Part shown: one piece after another, positions 19,677-28,600 of the stretch
Layout: each line of letters opens with the position of its first letter
Numbering within the stretch: the stretch's first letter is position 1
From: Spirochaetota bacterium
GTDB lineage: Bacteria > Spirochaetota > UBA4802 > UBA5550
Length of the DNA stretch: 64,000 nt
Assembly (NCBI GenBank): GCA_017999915.1
Contig: JAGNKX010000006.1
Coordinates: 64,077-128,076 of the forward strand
Reading direction: 5' to 3'
Position numbers and translations under genes: made by a program
The notes under the pieces: model-generated
The model's database searches: none
Told to the model about the DNA's origin: nothing
Seen by the model: only the letters and a program-made list of their open reading frames with translations

Positions 19677-19914
19677 CGAATTTGATATCTCATTTTTTCG
19701 ATGTGATATATAATAGAATACTTTAATTTATCCTAAAACGAGCAAAACATGGATGTTTTGCGTTAAGCGAGGATGGTCGCCGACGTGGTTTTGACATCCT
19801 GTCAATGTCGGCACTGCCAACCTCCTGTTGGCAGCAGATGGACCCTCCGCAGCAAAACAAACGATTACAAATAGCTCTCTAACGAAACGAGTAAAAAATG
19901 AGATATCAAATTCG
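19677..19914. mobile_element. 238-bp element bounded by perfect 22-bp terminal inverted repeats CGAATTTGATATCTCATTTTTT. The GC-rich core carries several hairpins. It may be a MITE, an invertible DNA segment or a structured RNA.
   Basis: The terminal inverted repeats are at 19677-19698 and 19893-19914 (exact reverse complements). The core hairpins are GACAT-CCTGTCA-ATGTC and CTGCCAAC-CTCCT-GTTGGCAG. Confidence 0.55.
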
Positions 19915-20004
19915 CTAATATCACATATAATAATAAAAAACGCCTGACTCAAGTAAATAATATAGAATTGTTAATAGTCGAGAAGAAATTAATCAAAAAA
20001 ATCA

Positions 20005-20055
20005 TTGACACCAGAACCCTACTGAATATAGTTCACATATTGAATATTATTCAAT
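20005..20055 (+). promoter_or_regulatory. Promoter of xsc. The -35 is TTGACA at 20005-20010, followed by a 16-bp spacer and a -10 TATAGT at 20027-20032. Two operators, TGAATATAGTTCA and ATTGAATA-T-TATTCAAT, overlap the -10 and the transcription start.
   Basis: Read directly. There is a perfect 8-1-8 palindrome at 20039-20055. The RBS GGAGG lies 8 bp before the ATG. Confidence 0.55.
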
Positions 20056-20080
20056 AATTTTTACCCCGCTGGAGGCTGAA

Positions 20081-21805
20081 ATGACAAAAATGACCCCATC
20101 CGAAGCATTCGTTGAATCACTGGTAGCCGAGGGAATAACCACCACCTTTGGTATCGTCGGGAGCGCCTACATGGACGCCCTGGACCTTTATCCTACGGCG
20201 GGGATACGCTTCATTTCCGTGGCCCACGAGCAGGCTGCGGCCCATGCGGCTGACGGCCTTGCCCGGGTGACCGGCAGGCCCCAGACCTGCATCGCCCAGA
20301 ACGGGCCCGGCGCCGCAAACTTCATATCCGCCATAACCGCTGCCTTCTGGGCCCATTCGCCGGTGGTGGCCATCACCCCGGAGACAGGCAGCATGGGCAT
20401 CGGCACCGGCGGGTTCCAGGAGCTCGACCAGATGCCCTGGTTCGAGAAATGCACCAAGTTCCAGGTCCGGGTAAACCGGCCCGAGCGGATGGCGGAGCTG
20501 ACCCGCCGCTGCTTCTACATGGCAAAGCTCCTGTCCGGCCCGGTGCAGCTCAACATCCCCCGGGACTTCTACTATGGCGATTTGGACTGCGAGATATTCA
20601 AATCGGGCGACGTCAATTACGGCAGCGGCCCCGAGGGTCTGATCAAGAAAGCGGCGGAGCTCCTGGCCAAAGCGAAGAACCCGGTCATCCTCGCCGGCGG
20701 CGGCGTATCCATGGCCAACGCCATTGATGAGACAAAGGCCCTGGCGGAGTACCTTACCTCGCCGGTGGTGAACACCTATCTCCATAACGACACATTCCCG
20801 GCGGCCCACGAGCTGGCCGTGGGCCCCATCGGCTACTGCGGGTCCAAGGCGGCCATGCGCTCCATCGCGAAGGCCGACGTGGTCCTGGCACTGGGAACGC
20901 GCCTGGGGCCCTTCGGCACGCTGCCCCAGTACGACATAGCCTACTGGCCAAATTCGGCGAAGCTCATCCAGGTCGACATCGACGGCACCCAGCTGGGCGT
21001 TTCGAAGAGGATCGACCTCGGCATCGTGGCCGACGCGCGGGAGTTCGCCCTGCAGCTCCTGAAGGCCCTGAAGGCCGTCGACGGGAGCCGTCAGAAGAAC
21101 ACGGCCCGCCTGGCCGATATCGCGAAGGAAAAGGCCGCCTGGAAGGAGGAGCTCGATTCCTGGTCCTCCTCGACCAACAAGCTGATGCACCCGCGCCGCT
21201 TCATCAAGGAGCTCACCGACGCCATTCCCGACGGGTCCATCGTGGCCACGGACATCGGCAATAATTCATCAATTTGCAACAGTTACCTGAAGTTTACCGG
21301 ACCGCGCCAGCACATCTCGGCCCTCTCCTGGGGGAACTGCGGCTTCGCCTACGGGGCCGCCATGGGCGCCAAGATAGGGGCCCCGGGCACGCCGGTCTTC
21401 GCCCTCCAGGGCGACGGCGCCTACGGCATCAGCGGCCTCTCGGAAGTGATGACCGCGGTGCGGGAGAACATCCCCGTCATAGCGGTGGTCTTCAACAACC
21501 ACGAGTGGGGCGCGGAGAAAAAGAACCAGATCGACTTCTTCAAGAGCCGCTTTGTCGGCGCTGATTTATTGACGAACCCGGACTACGACCAGGTGGCGAA
21601 GGACATGGGCGCCGTCGGCTTCAAGGTGGAGAACTACGCCGACGTGAAGGACGTCGTCCGCGAGGCGGTGAAGTGCGGCAAGCCCGTGGTCATCAACGCG
21701 GTGATCGAGGGCGGCGAGAAGGTCCTGGCGGAGCCGTTCCGCCGCGACGCCTTCAAGCCGGCGGTGCGCTACCTGCCCAAGTACAAGCACCTGAGCGCCG
21801 TGTAG
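20081..21805 (+). CDS. xsc: Sulfoacetaldehyde acetyltransferase (ThDP-dependent); produces acetyl phosphate and sulfite.
   Basis: 574 aa. It has Xsc-specific stretches (GTGGFQELDQMPWFE, NIPRDFYYG, HNDTFPAAHELAVGPIGYCGSKAAMRSIAKADVVLALGTRLGPFGTLPQYDIAYWP). These match characterised Xsc far better than generic ALS. Confidence 0.85.
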   Translation: MTKMTPSEAFVESLVAEGITTTFGIVGSAYMDALDLYPTAGIRFISVAHEQAAAHAADGLARVTGRPQTCIAQNGPGAANFISAITAAFWAHSPVVAITPETGSMGIGTGGFQELDQMPWFEKCTKFQVRVNRPERMAELTRRCFYMAKLLSGPVQLNIPRDFYYGDLDCEIFKSGDVNYGSGPEGLIKKAAELLAKAKNPVILAGGGVSMANAIDETKALAEYLTSPVVNTYLHNDTFPAAHELAVGPIGYCGSKAAMRSIAKADVVLALGTRLGPFGTLPQYDIAYWPNSAKLIQVDIDGTQLGVSKRIDLGIVADAREFALQLLKALKAVDGSRQKNTARLADIAKEKAAWKEELDSWSSSTNKLMHPRRFIKELTDAIPDGSIVATDIGNNSSICNSYLKFTGPRQHISALSWGNCGFAYGAAMGAKIGAPGTPVFALQGDGAYGISGLSEVMTAVRENIPVIAVVFNNHEWGAEKKNQIDFFKSRFVGADLLTNPDYDQVAKDMGAVGFKVENYADVKDVVREAVKCGKPVVINAVIEGGEKVLAEPFRRDAFKPAVRYLPKYKHLSAV

Positions 21806-21824
21806 GCCGCTGCCGGGAGGGGCG

Positions 21825-23018
21825 ATGAAGGTCCTGGTGATCAACGCGGGAAGCAGTTCCCTGAAATTCCAGGTCCATGACGGAGACGCCGGGGCCATGG
21901 TCGTCAAGGGCCATTACCTCGATATCGGCGAGACCTCCGCGGACCGCGCCTGCGTGCGGAAGATAACCGCTCGGGGCGCGGAGGAGAAGACGGAGATGGC
22001 GGTCAGGGACCACCGCTCCGCCATCCTTGACATGCTGGGGCTCCTCGAATCGAGGGGCGCCGCTTCCGGCCGGTGCGGCATCTCCGCCGTCGGCCACCGC
22101 ATCGTCCACGGCGGCGAGCGCTACAGCGCGGCCGCGCGGATCACGGCGGACGTGCGGGACTACCTCGAGTCGATATCGTTTCTCGCTCCGCTCCATAATC
22201 CAGTCGGCCTCGCCTGCGTCGACGAGATCGCGGCGTCGCTGCCGGACCTGCCGCAGTACGCCATCTTTGACACGGCCTTTCACCGGACCATCCCGGAGAC
22301 GGTCTACCTCTACGGGCTCCCGATGGAGCTCTACACGAAATACGGCATACGGAAATACGGCTTCCACGGCACCAACCACAAGTACGCGGCGCACCGGGCC
22401 GCGGAGATCATGGGCCGGGACATAGCCTCCCTGAGGATCATAACCTGCCACCTGGGCAACGGCCAGAGCGTCTGCGCCGTGAAACGGGGTCAGAGCGTGG
22501 ACACCTCCATGGGGTTCACCCCCCTGGAGGGCCTGCCGATGGGGACGCGGAGCGGCTCCTTCGACCCGGCCATAATCTTTTTCCTGATAGACCAGGGCTA
22601 CGAACCGGACGAGATCAGGACCATGGTCAACAAGCGGTCCGGACTCCTCGGCGTGTCCGGGATCAGCAGCGACTTCAAGGTCCTGGAGGAGAGGGCGCGG
22701 GGCGGGGATGAAAACGCCAAGCGTGCCGTCGATATGCTCGCCAACCGCATCACCTGCCTGATCGGAGCCTACACGGCGGAAATGTCCGGGGCCGACGCCA
22801 TCGTGTTCACCGGCGGCATCGGGGAGAATTCGGCGTTTTTGCGGAAGGAAGTTCTGGGCGCCCTGGCCCATACGGGCCTCGCCGTCGACGACAGGGCCAA
22901 TGAGGCCCATGATGAAGTGATCACCGCGCCGGGAAGCGCGGTCACGGCCCTGGTGATACCCGCGGACGAGGAGCTTCAGATCGCGCGGGAAGTGATCGGG
23001 GCGATCGAGGGACAATGA
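21825..23018 (+). CDS. ackA: Acetate kinase.
   Basis: 397 aa. It has MKVLVINAGSSSLKFQ and HRIVHGG motifs. It is 19 bp after xsc with its own RBS. Confidence 0.9.
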   Translation: MKVLVINAGSSSLKFQVHDGDAGAMVVKGHYLDIGETSADRACVRKITARGAEEKTEMAVRDHRSAILDMLGLLESRGAASGRCGISAVGHRIVHGGERYSAAARITADVRDYLESISFLAPLHNPVGLACVDEIAASLPDLPQYAIFDTAFHRTIPETVYLYGLPMELYTKYGIRKYGFHGTNHKYAAHRAAEIMGRDIASLRIITCHLGNGQSVCAVKRGQSVDTSMGFTPLEGLPMGTRSGSFDPAIIFFLIDQGYEPDEIRTMVNKRSGLLGVSGISSDFKVLEERARGGDENAKRAVDMLANRITCLIGAYTAEMSGADAIVFTGGIGENSAFLRKEVLGALAHTGLAVDDRANEAHDEVITAPGSAVTALVIPADEELQIAREVIGAIEGQ

Positions 23019-23361
23019 TACCAGGAGATGTCAGATAGAGACTTTTCGGTACGAATACCAGGGTCTTTGAAATTTCAACGGGCAAAAGGAAACCTCGCAG
23101 TCGCAGAGGGGATCGCCCTGGGGCGGAGGGGACTGGTCCTGTCCCCCGCTTCTATCCCTGACCCACCGGGCGGCCTCTTCCTCGGTGTCGGCGAACCCGG
23201 CGCTGAAAATAATCTCGCTTTTGCAGTGCCGGTAGCCATAGATAAGCTCATATCGTTCCTTCATGGCTGGTCGATTTCTCCCCTGGTTTCCTCGATCAAT
23301 ATCCCCGGGAAGAGCTTCCGGTAAACAATGCTTCTTTTATCGACACCGGGCCCTTTTTGTA

Positions 23362-23425
23362 TTGACAGGGGAAGAGTTGTCCGACATAGTCTCATATAAT
23401 GAATATTATTCATAATATGAATATA
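23362..23425 (+). promoter_or_regulatory. Promoter of the SDR operon. The -35 is TTGACA at 23362-23367, followed by 17 bp and a -10 CATAGT (there is also a TATAAT at 23395-23400). Operators are ATGAATA-T-TATTCAT at 23399-23413 and an extra ATGAATAT half-site at 23418-23425.
   Basis: Read directly. It has the same TGAATA-T-TATTCA core as the xsc operator. Confidence 0.5.
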
Positions 23426-23517
23426 ATTTATTGCAAGCAGTTTATTATGGCAGCGGCAAAAAAAGCGAAAATCCGGGTTGTGCGGCATCGACGGCATGAC
23501 CCTTCAGGAGAACAATC

Positions 23518-24354
23518 ATGATGACAGATCTCAAAGGAAAGACGGCCCTGGTCACCGGGGCCGGAAAAAAGACCGGCATGGGCTATGCCATGGCGCGCAA
23601 GCTGGCCTCGTTTGGAACCAATGTAATCATTGCGGACCTGGGGGGAGCGGCCCCGGCGGGCGCCCAGGTCGCCACGGGCACGACCGCGGATATGCAGGAG
23701 ATCGCCGAGTCCCTCGGCAGGGAATTCGGCGTCAGGACCATGGCCGTACCGGTGGACGTGTCAAGCACCGAGTCCGTCGCCGCCATGGCGGAGGCGGTGA
23801 AGGGGAAATTCGACCATGTGGACATCCTCTGCAACAACGCCGGCGCCTCCTTCGGCGTCCCGGCCGCGGTCCATACCTATGACGAGGCGGCGTGGATGAG
23901 GACCGTGGACATCAACCTCCACGGCGTCTTCCGGGTCTCCCGGGCCATGCTTCCCCTCATGCTGGGAAAGCCGGCCAGCATCGTGAACAACGCCTCGCGG
24001 GCCGGCAAGTTTCCCCCGGTCATGAACGGGGCCTACGCGGTGGCCAAGGCCGGGGTGATCATGCTCACCAAGGTGATGGCCAAGGAGCTGGCCGGAGCCG
24101 GCGTGCGCGTCAACGCCATCTGCCCCGGCCAGATCATGACCGACCTGGAGCGGTGGCGCTTCGGGCTGGAGGCGAAGGTCTTCCAGACGACGGCTGAGGA
24201 GCGCGAGAAGGAGATGTGCAAGACGATACCCCTGGGACGCATCGGCACCCCGGAGGAGGTGGCGAACCTGACGGCGTTCCTCGCCTCGGAGGCGTCGTCG
24301 TACATGACCGGCCAGGCGATCAACGTCACCGGCGGGCAATTAATGGAATTGTAA
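23518..24354 (+). CDS. SDR-family oxidoreductase (FabG/IsfD-like).
   Basis: 278 aa. It has TGAGKKTGMG, NNAG and YAVAK motifs. Confidence 0.85.
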   Translation: MMTDLKGKTALVTGAGKKTGMGYAMARKLASFGTNVIIADLGGAAPAGAQVATGTTADMQEIAESLGREFGVRTMAVPVDVSSTESVAAMAEAVKGKFDHVDILCNNAGASFGVPAAVHTYDEAAWMRTVDINLHGVFRVSRAMLPLMLGKPASIVNNASRAGKFPPVMNGAYAVAKAGVIMLTKVMAKELAGAGVRVNAICPGQIMTDLERWRFGLEAKVFQTTAEEREKEMCKTIPLGRIGTPEEVANLTAFLASEASSYMTGQAINVTGGQLMEL

Positions 24355-24380
24355 GATATTGATATCACCCCCGCCGCAAT

Positions 24381-24403
24381 CCTCCCCCATCAAGGGGAGG
24401 AGG
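24381..24403. repeat. REP-like GC hairpin CCTCCCC-CATCAA-GGGGAGG.
   Basis: Read directly. It belongs to the same family as the hairpins at 45194-45215 and 45274-45294. Confidence 0.5.
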
Positions 24404-24456
24404 TCGCGGGAACAAGATAGTGTATAGTAAGAATAAACAATCTCAGGAGTGTTAAC

Positions 24457-26151
24457 ATGGAAAAGATGATCGGCGGAAGACTTGCCGCGGAAGCCCTTAT
24501 AGAACGCGGCGTGAAGTATATTTTTACCATAAGCGGCGGACACATAACCCCGGTTTATGAATTTCTCGAGAATACCAGCGTGAAGCTGTTTTGCACGCGC
24601 CACGAGCAGGCGGCGGTCTTCATGGCCGAAGCCATGGCGCGCATGACGCGGCAGCCCGCCGTGGCGATGGTGACCGCGGGGCCCGGCTTCACCAACGCCC
24701 TCACGGGGATCGCCAGCGCCCGCCTCGCCAACGCGCCGGTCATTCTCATCTCGGGCATCGTGGGTCTGGAGATGTCGGAGAAGCTTGACCTCCAGGACAT
24801 GGTCCAGCTCCCCGTGATCCAGCCGATGGTGAAAAAGGCCCTGGTGTGCAACAACGTCGAGCGGATACCTGAATTCATCGATATGGCCTTCCGGTACGCC
24901 ATGCAGGGGCGTCCCGGACCGGTGTACCTGGAGATACCCGTGGACGTGCTGAACGCGAAGCCCGACATGGGCAAGGTAAAGAAATACCAGAGCACCATCG
25001 TGTCGAAGACCGTGGACACGGCGGCGGCGGAAAAGATCGTGGACATGCTCGGCCAGGCGAAGAAGCCGATCGTCATAGCCGGGAGCGGCGCCTGGTGCGC
25101 CGACGCCGGTCCGGAGCTCGTATCGTTTGTCGAGAAGACGGGAATGCCCGCCATGACCATGGCCGGCGCCCGCGGCCTTATCCCCGACACGCACCCACTC
25201 TGCTTTGAATCGGCCCTGGCCATCCGGCCGGGGGCGGCCCTGGTGGCCGACACCCAGGCGGACCTTGTCCTCTTCCTCGGATCGCGTCTGAGCCTTTTTT
25301 TCATTTTCGGGGGCATCTTCAACCCGAACGCCAAGTTCATACAGGTCGACATCGAGGCGGAGGAGATCGGACGGAACCGTTCCGTGGACCTCGGCGTGGT
25401 GAGCGATATCAAGATGCTGCTGGCGGAGATCAACCGGATCATCGACGCCCGGAAGCTCGGGCCGTCCCTCGTGAAGCAGTACGCGGAATGGGTGGAGGCG
25501 GTCAAGGCCGCGGACGCCAACGGCAAGGCCCAGGCGAAGCCGATGTGGGAAAAGGAGGGAGCGCCGATCCATCCGATGCGGCTGGCCCATGAGATCAACA
25601 AGTTCATGGACCGCGAGGACGACATCGTCGTGGCCGACGGCGGGGACACCACCACCTGGATGGGGATGACCCGCACCGTGCGCCGGCCGGGGCATTATCT
25701 CGATTACGGCCTCTTCGGCAGCCTGGCCGTGGGCATACCCTACGCCAACGCGGCCAAGCTCATCAATCCGGACAAGCGGGTTCTCCTGGTCATCGGCGAC
25801 GGGGCCGCGGGATTCAACTTCATGGAGTTCCACACCGCCATCCGGCACAACATTCCGATCGTGGTGGTCGTGGCCAACGACACCCTCTTCGGCATGATCG
25901 CCCACAGCCAGCAGATCCGCCTCGGCCACGCCATCAAGGACGGGACCGACCTGGGCATGGTCAATTACGAGAAGATGGTGGAGGCACTGGGCGGCTTCGG
26001 CGCCTTTGTCGACAAGCCAGAGGACATCCGGCCGGCCATCGAGGCGGCCTTCAAGTCCGGCAAGACCGCCTGTATCAACGTGATGGTCGATCCGTCGACG
26101 ATCAGTCCGGGCAGTGTGGCCCTGGCCAACCTGGGGGCGTACAAGGCCTAA
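24457..26151 (+). CDS. ThDP-dependent enzyme of the 2-hydroxyacyl-CoA lyase / oxalyl-CoA decarboxylase (HACL/Oxc) subfamily.
   Basis: 564 aa. YIFTISGGHITPV, RHEQAAVFMAEAMARMT...AGPGFTNALTG and GRPGPVYLEIPVDVL align with HACL1/Oxc rather than with Xsc or ALS. Confidence 0.65.
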   Translation: MEKMIGGRLAAEALIERGVKYIFTISGGHITPVYEFLENTSVKLFCTRHEQAAVFMAEAMARMTRQPAVAMVTAGPGFTNALTGIASARLANAPVILISGIVGLEMSEKLDLQDMVQLPVIQPMVKKALVCNNVERIPEFIDMAFRYAMQGRPGPVYLEIPVDVLNAKPDMGKVKKYQSTIVSKTVDTAAAEKIVDMLGQAKKPIVIAGSGAWCADAGPELVSFVEKTGMPAMTMAGARGLIPDTHPLCFESALAIRPGAALVADTQADLVLFLGSRLSLFFIFGGIFNPNAKFIQVDIEAEEIGRNRSVDLGVVSDIKMLLAEINRIIDARKLGPSLVKQYAEWVEAVKAADANGKAQAKPMWEKEGAPIHPMRLAHEINKFMDREDDIVVADGGDTTTWMGMTRTVRRPGHYLDYGLFGSLAVGIPYANAAKLINPDKRVLLVIGDGAAGFNFMEFHTAIRHNIPIVVVVANDTLFGMIAHSQQIRLGHAIKDGTDLGMVNYEKMVEALGGFGAFVDKPEDIRPAIEAAFKSGKTACINVMVDPSTISPGSVALANLGAYKA

Positions 26152-26161
26152 AGCATAATGA

Positions 26162-26197
26162 CGCCATGGGCGCGCTAATGTGTGCGCGCCCATGGCG
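26162..26197. other. Perfect 14-bp GC-rich stem CGCCATGGGCGCGC-taatgtgt-GCGCGCCCATGGCG between the ThDP and MFS genes.
   Basis: Read directly. There is no U-tract, so it is a processing, attenuation or protein-binding structure rather than a classical terminator. Confidence 0.45.
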
Positions 26198-26241
26198 GAT
26201 AATATATCAATACAAGGTTATCATATTCCACAGGAGGTATT

Positions 26242-27534
26242 ATGATGAACGGTCAAAGCGGTACCCATGAATACAAATTATCCAGGGGGTATACGAACTA
26301 TGTTTTCATCCTCCTGTTCCTCCTCTACTTCTTCGACTACGTGGACCGCATGGTGGTCACGTCGCTCTTTCCCTATATCAAGGAGGAGTGGGCCATCTCC
26401 GACGCCCAGTGCGGCATGCTGGTGTCCGCCATCTACTGGTCCATTATCATATTCACCATTCCGGCGTCGGTGCTGGTAGACCGCTGGAGCCGGAAGAAGA
26501 CCATCGGACTCATGGCGGTCATCTGGAGCATCGCCACCGCCGTGTGCGCCCTTACCAAGAATTTCGGCCAGCTCTTTGCCGCGCGGGGCGTCATCGGGGT
26601 GGGCGAGGCCGGGTACGCGCCGGGCGGCACCGCCATGCTCGCGGGCCTCTACCCGGAGGAAAAGCGGTCGAGGATGATGGGCATCTGGAACGCCTCCATA
26701 CCGCTGGGAAGCGCCGTGGGCATAGCCCTGGGCGGCATTATAGCCAAGGAGTTCGGATGGCGCCACGCCTTCGGCCTGGTCGCCCTGCCGGGCCTGATCG
26801 TGGCGATCCTCTTCTTTTTCGTCAAGGATTACAAGACCGTGGAGCTGGTCAAGACCGCGGATGTTGGCGGTTCCAAGGTCGCCATGAGCAAGATGGACAT
26901 ATTCAGGGAATTCATCCACACCCCGTCGCTCATCTTCACCTATTTCGGCTTCGCGGCCATGACCTTCGTGACCACGTCGCTCATCACCTGGCTCCCGACC
27001 TTCTTCCACCGCGTCTATGAACTGCCCATGGACCAGGCGGGAATGAAGGGGGGCTCGGTAATGCTCCTTGCGCTGGTGGGCGCGCCGGTGGGCGGGCTCC
27101 TCGCGGACCTGTGGCTGAAGAAAAGAAAGAACGCCCGCCTTGTGTTCTCGTCGATCGTGGCGGTCCTTTCCGCGATCTTTCTCGGATCGGGGCTGCTCTT
27201 CTTTACCGGCAACATGCAGTACGTACTCATACTGCTCATGGGCCTGGTGGTGGTCGCCTTCGTGCCGGCCGCGGCCGCGGTGACCCAGGACGTGGTGCAC
27301 CCCGGACTCCGGGCCATATCCTACGCCCTGTGCGTCATAGTGCAGAATCTTCTGGGCTCTTCCATGGGGCCCATCGTGGTAGGCTCCATTTCCGACGGCT
27401 ATAACATACAGACGGCCCTCTCCATTCTGCCGATATTCCTGCTCGTCGCGGCGGCGCTTTTCTTCGTGGCTTCGTTGTTCTACGAGCGGGACCTGGACAA
27501 GGTGGAAAAGGTGACGCTGGAAGTGGAGGGCTGA
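26242..27534 (+). CDS. MFS transporter.
   Basis: 430 aa with 12 predicted TM segments. It has an MFS signature (GRWSRKKT, GVGEAGYAPGG). Confidence 0.8.
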   Translation: MMNGQSGTHEYKLSRGYTNYVFILLFLLYFFDYVDRMVVTSLFPYIKEEWAISDAQCGMLVSAIYWSIIIFTIPASVLVDRWSRKKTIGLMAVIWSIATAVCALTKNFGQLFAARGVIGVGEAGYAPGGTAMLAGLYPEEKRSRMMGIWNASIPLGSAVGIALGGIIAKEFGWRHAFGLVALPGLIVAILFFFVKDYKTVELVKTADVGGSKVAMSKMDIFREFIHTPSLIFTYFGFAAMTFVTTSLITWLPTFFHRVYELPMDQAGMKGGSVMLLALVGAPVGGLLADLWLKKRKNARLVFSSIVAVLSAIFLGSGLLFFTGNMQYVLILLMGLVVVAFVPAAAAVTQDVVHPGLRAISYALCVIVQNLLGSSMGPIVVGSISDGYNIQTALSILPIFLLVAAALFFVASLFYERDLDKVEKVTLEVEG

Positions 27535-27544
27535 GATGTGAAGA

Positions 27545-27667
27545 CCCTCACCCCCCCGTCCCCCTCTCCCATTAAAAACTGGAGAAAGGAGAGGGGGAGC
27601 ATATAGAGTAGCCCTCTCCTTTTTTCCAAGCTTCATGGGAGAGGGCGCGCCGGAGACGGGGTGAGGG
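27545..27667. mobile_element. MITE-like repeat, copy B (short version of the element at 9074-9248).
   Basis: The terminal inverted repeats are CCCTCACCCCCCCGTC ... GACGGGGTGAGGG. The CCCTCTCC...GGAGAGGG core is shared with copy A. Confidence 0.6.
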
Positions 27668-27775
27668 AAAAAAAGATTCAACGCGGAGGCGCTGATGAGT
27701 AATCCGTCCTCTGCGACTCAGCGTTGATAAAGCGGTTGATCGCACACTATTGTGAAGTGGTGAAGGTGACAAGGC

Positions 27776-28591
27776 ATGATAGAACACGAACAATTCAACA
27801 ACAAGATCGTCGCCGTGACCGGCGGGGCCAGCGGCATCGGCGAGGCGCTGTGCCGCAGGTTCGGTAAGGCCGGGGCGAAAGTGGCGGTCATCGACATGGA
27901 CGGCAGGGGCGCTGACAGGCTGGCCGGCGAGCTGAAAGACGGCGGGATCGAGGCGGCCGGGTTCGCCTGCGATGTCAGCAAGCAGAAGGAGTGCGAGGCC
28001 GTTATCGGAGCGATCATCAAGCGCTGGGGCGGCATCGACGTGCTGGCGGTGAACGCCGGGATCACCCAGCGGAGCCCCTTCGTGGACACGGACCCGGCCG
28101 TATACCGGCGCGTCATGGACATCAATTTCTTCGGGGCCCTTTATTGCGCAAAGGCGGCCATAAAAGACTTGATCGCGAGAAAGGGTGTGATAGTGGTGAC
28201 ATCAAGCCATGCCGGCTACAGCCCCCTACTCGGAAGGACCGGATACAGCGCGAGCAAGCACGCCCTCCACGGGCTCTTTGAGAGCCTGCGTACGGAGGTG
28301 AGGCCCCTGGGCGTCCATGTCATGATGGTCTGCCCCGGCTTCACGAAGACCAATCTCCAGACAAGGGCCCTCGGGTCGAACGGTACGGTGACGACGCACC
28401 CGCAGTCGAGGGTGGGCAAACAGGACACCCCGGGCCATGTGGCCGAGGCCGTGTTCCGTGGAACGGTGCAGCGCAAGAACATCATCGTGCTGACCACGGT
28501 GGGAAAGCTCACCTATTACCTGCACCGCCTGGCGCCGGCGCTGTACGAACGGCAGATGGCCAAAAAATTACGTTCGGAGATCGAACGGTAA
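27776..28591 (+). CDS. SDR-family oxidoreductase.
   Basis: 271 aa. It has VTGGASGIG, NAG and YSASK motifs. Confidence 0.85.
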   Translation: MIEHEQFNNKIVAVTGGASGIGEALCRRFGKAGAKVAVIDMDGRGADRLAGELKDGGIEAAGFACDVSKQKECEAVIGAIIKRWGGIDVLAVNAGITQRSPFVDTDPAVYRRVMDINFFGALYCAKAAIKDLIARKGVIVVTSSHAGYSPLLGRTGYSASKHALHGLFESLRTEVRPLGVHVMMVCPGFTKTNLQTRALGSNGTVTTHPQSRVGKQDTPGHVAEAVFRGTVQRKNIIVLTTVGKLTYYLHRLAPALYERQMAKKLRSEIER

Positions 28592-28600
28592 AAACAGAGA

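Noticed and set aside
19741-19870. Possible tRNA, SRP, tmRNA or riboswitch inside the inverted-repeat-bounded element upstream of xsc.
   Set aside because: There is no T-loop (GTTCRANYC) and no acceptor/anticodon arm geometry. There are no SRP or RNase P signature motifs and no recognisable riboswitch consensus. It is left as an unclassified structured core.
23031-23264. 77-aa minus-strand ORF (MKERYELIYGYRHCKSEIIF...) in the ackA-SDR intergenic region.
   Set aside because: Its composition is protein-like, but there is no convincing RBS and no recognisable family. It overlaps the predicted SDR promoter region. It is too weak to call as a gene.
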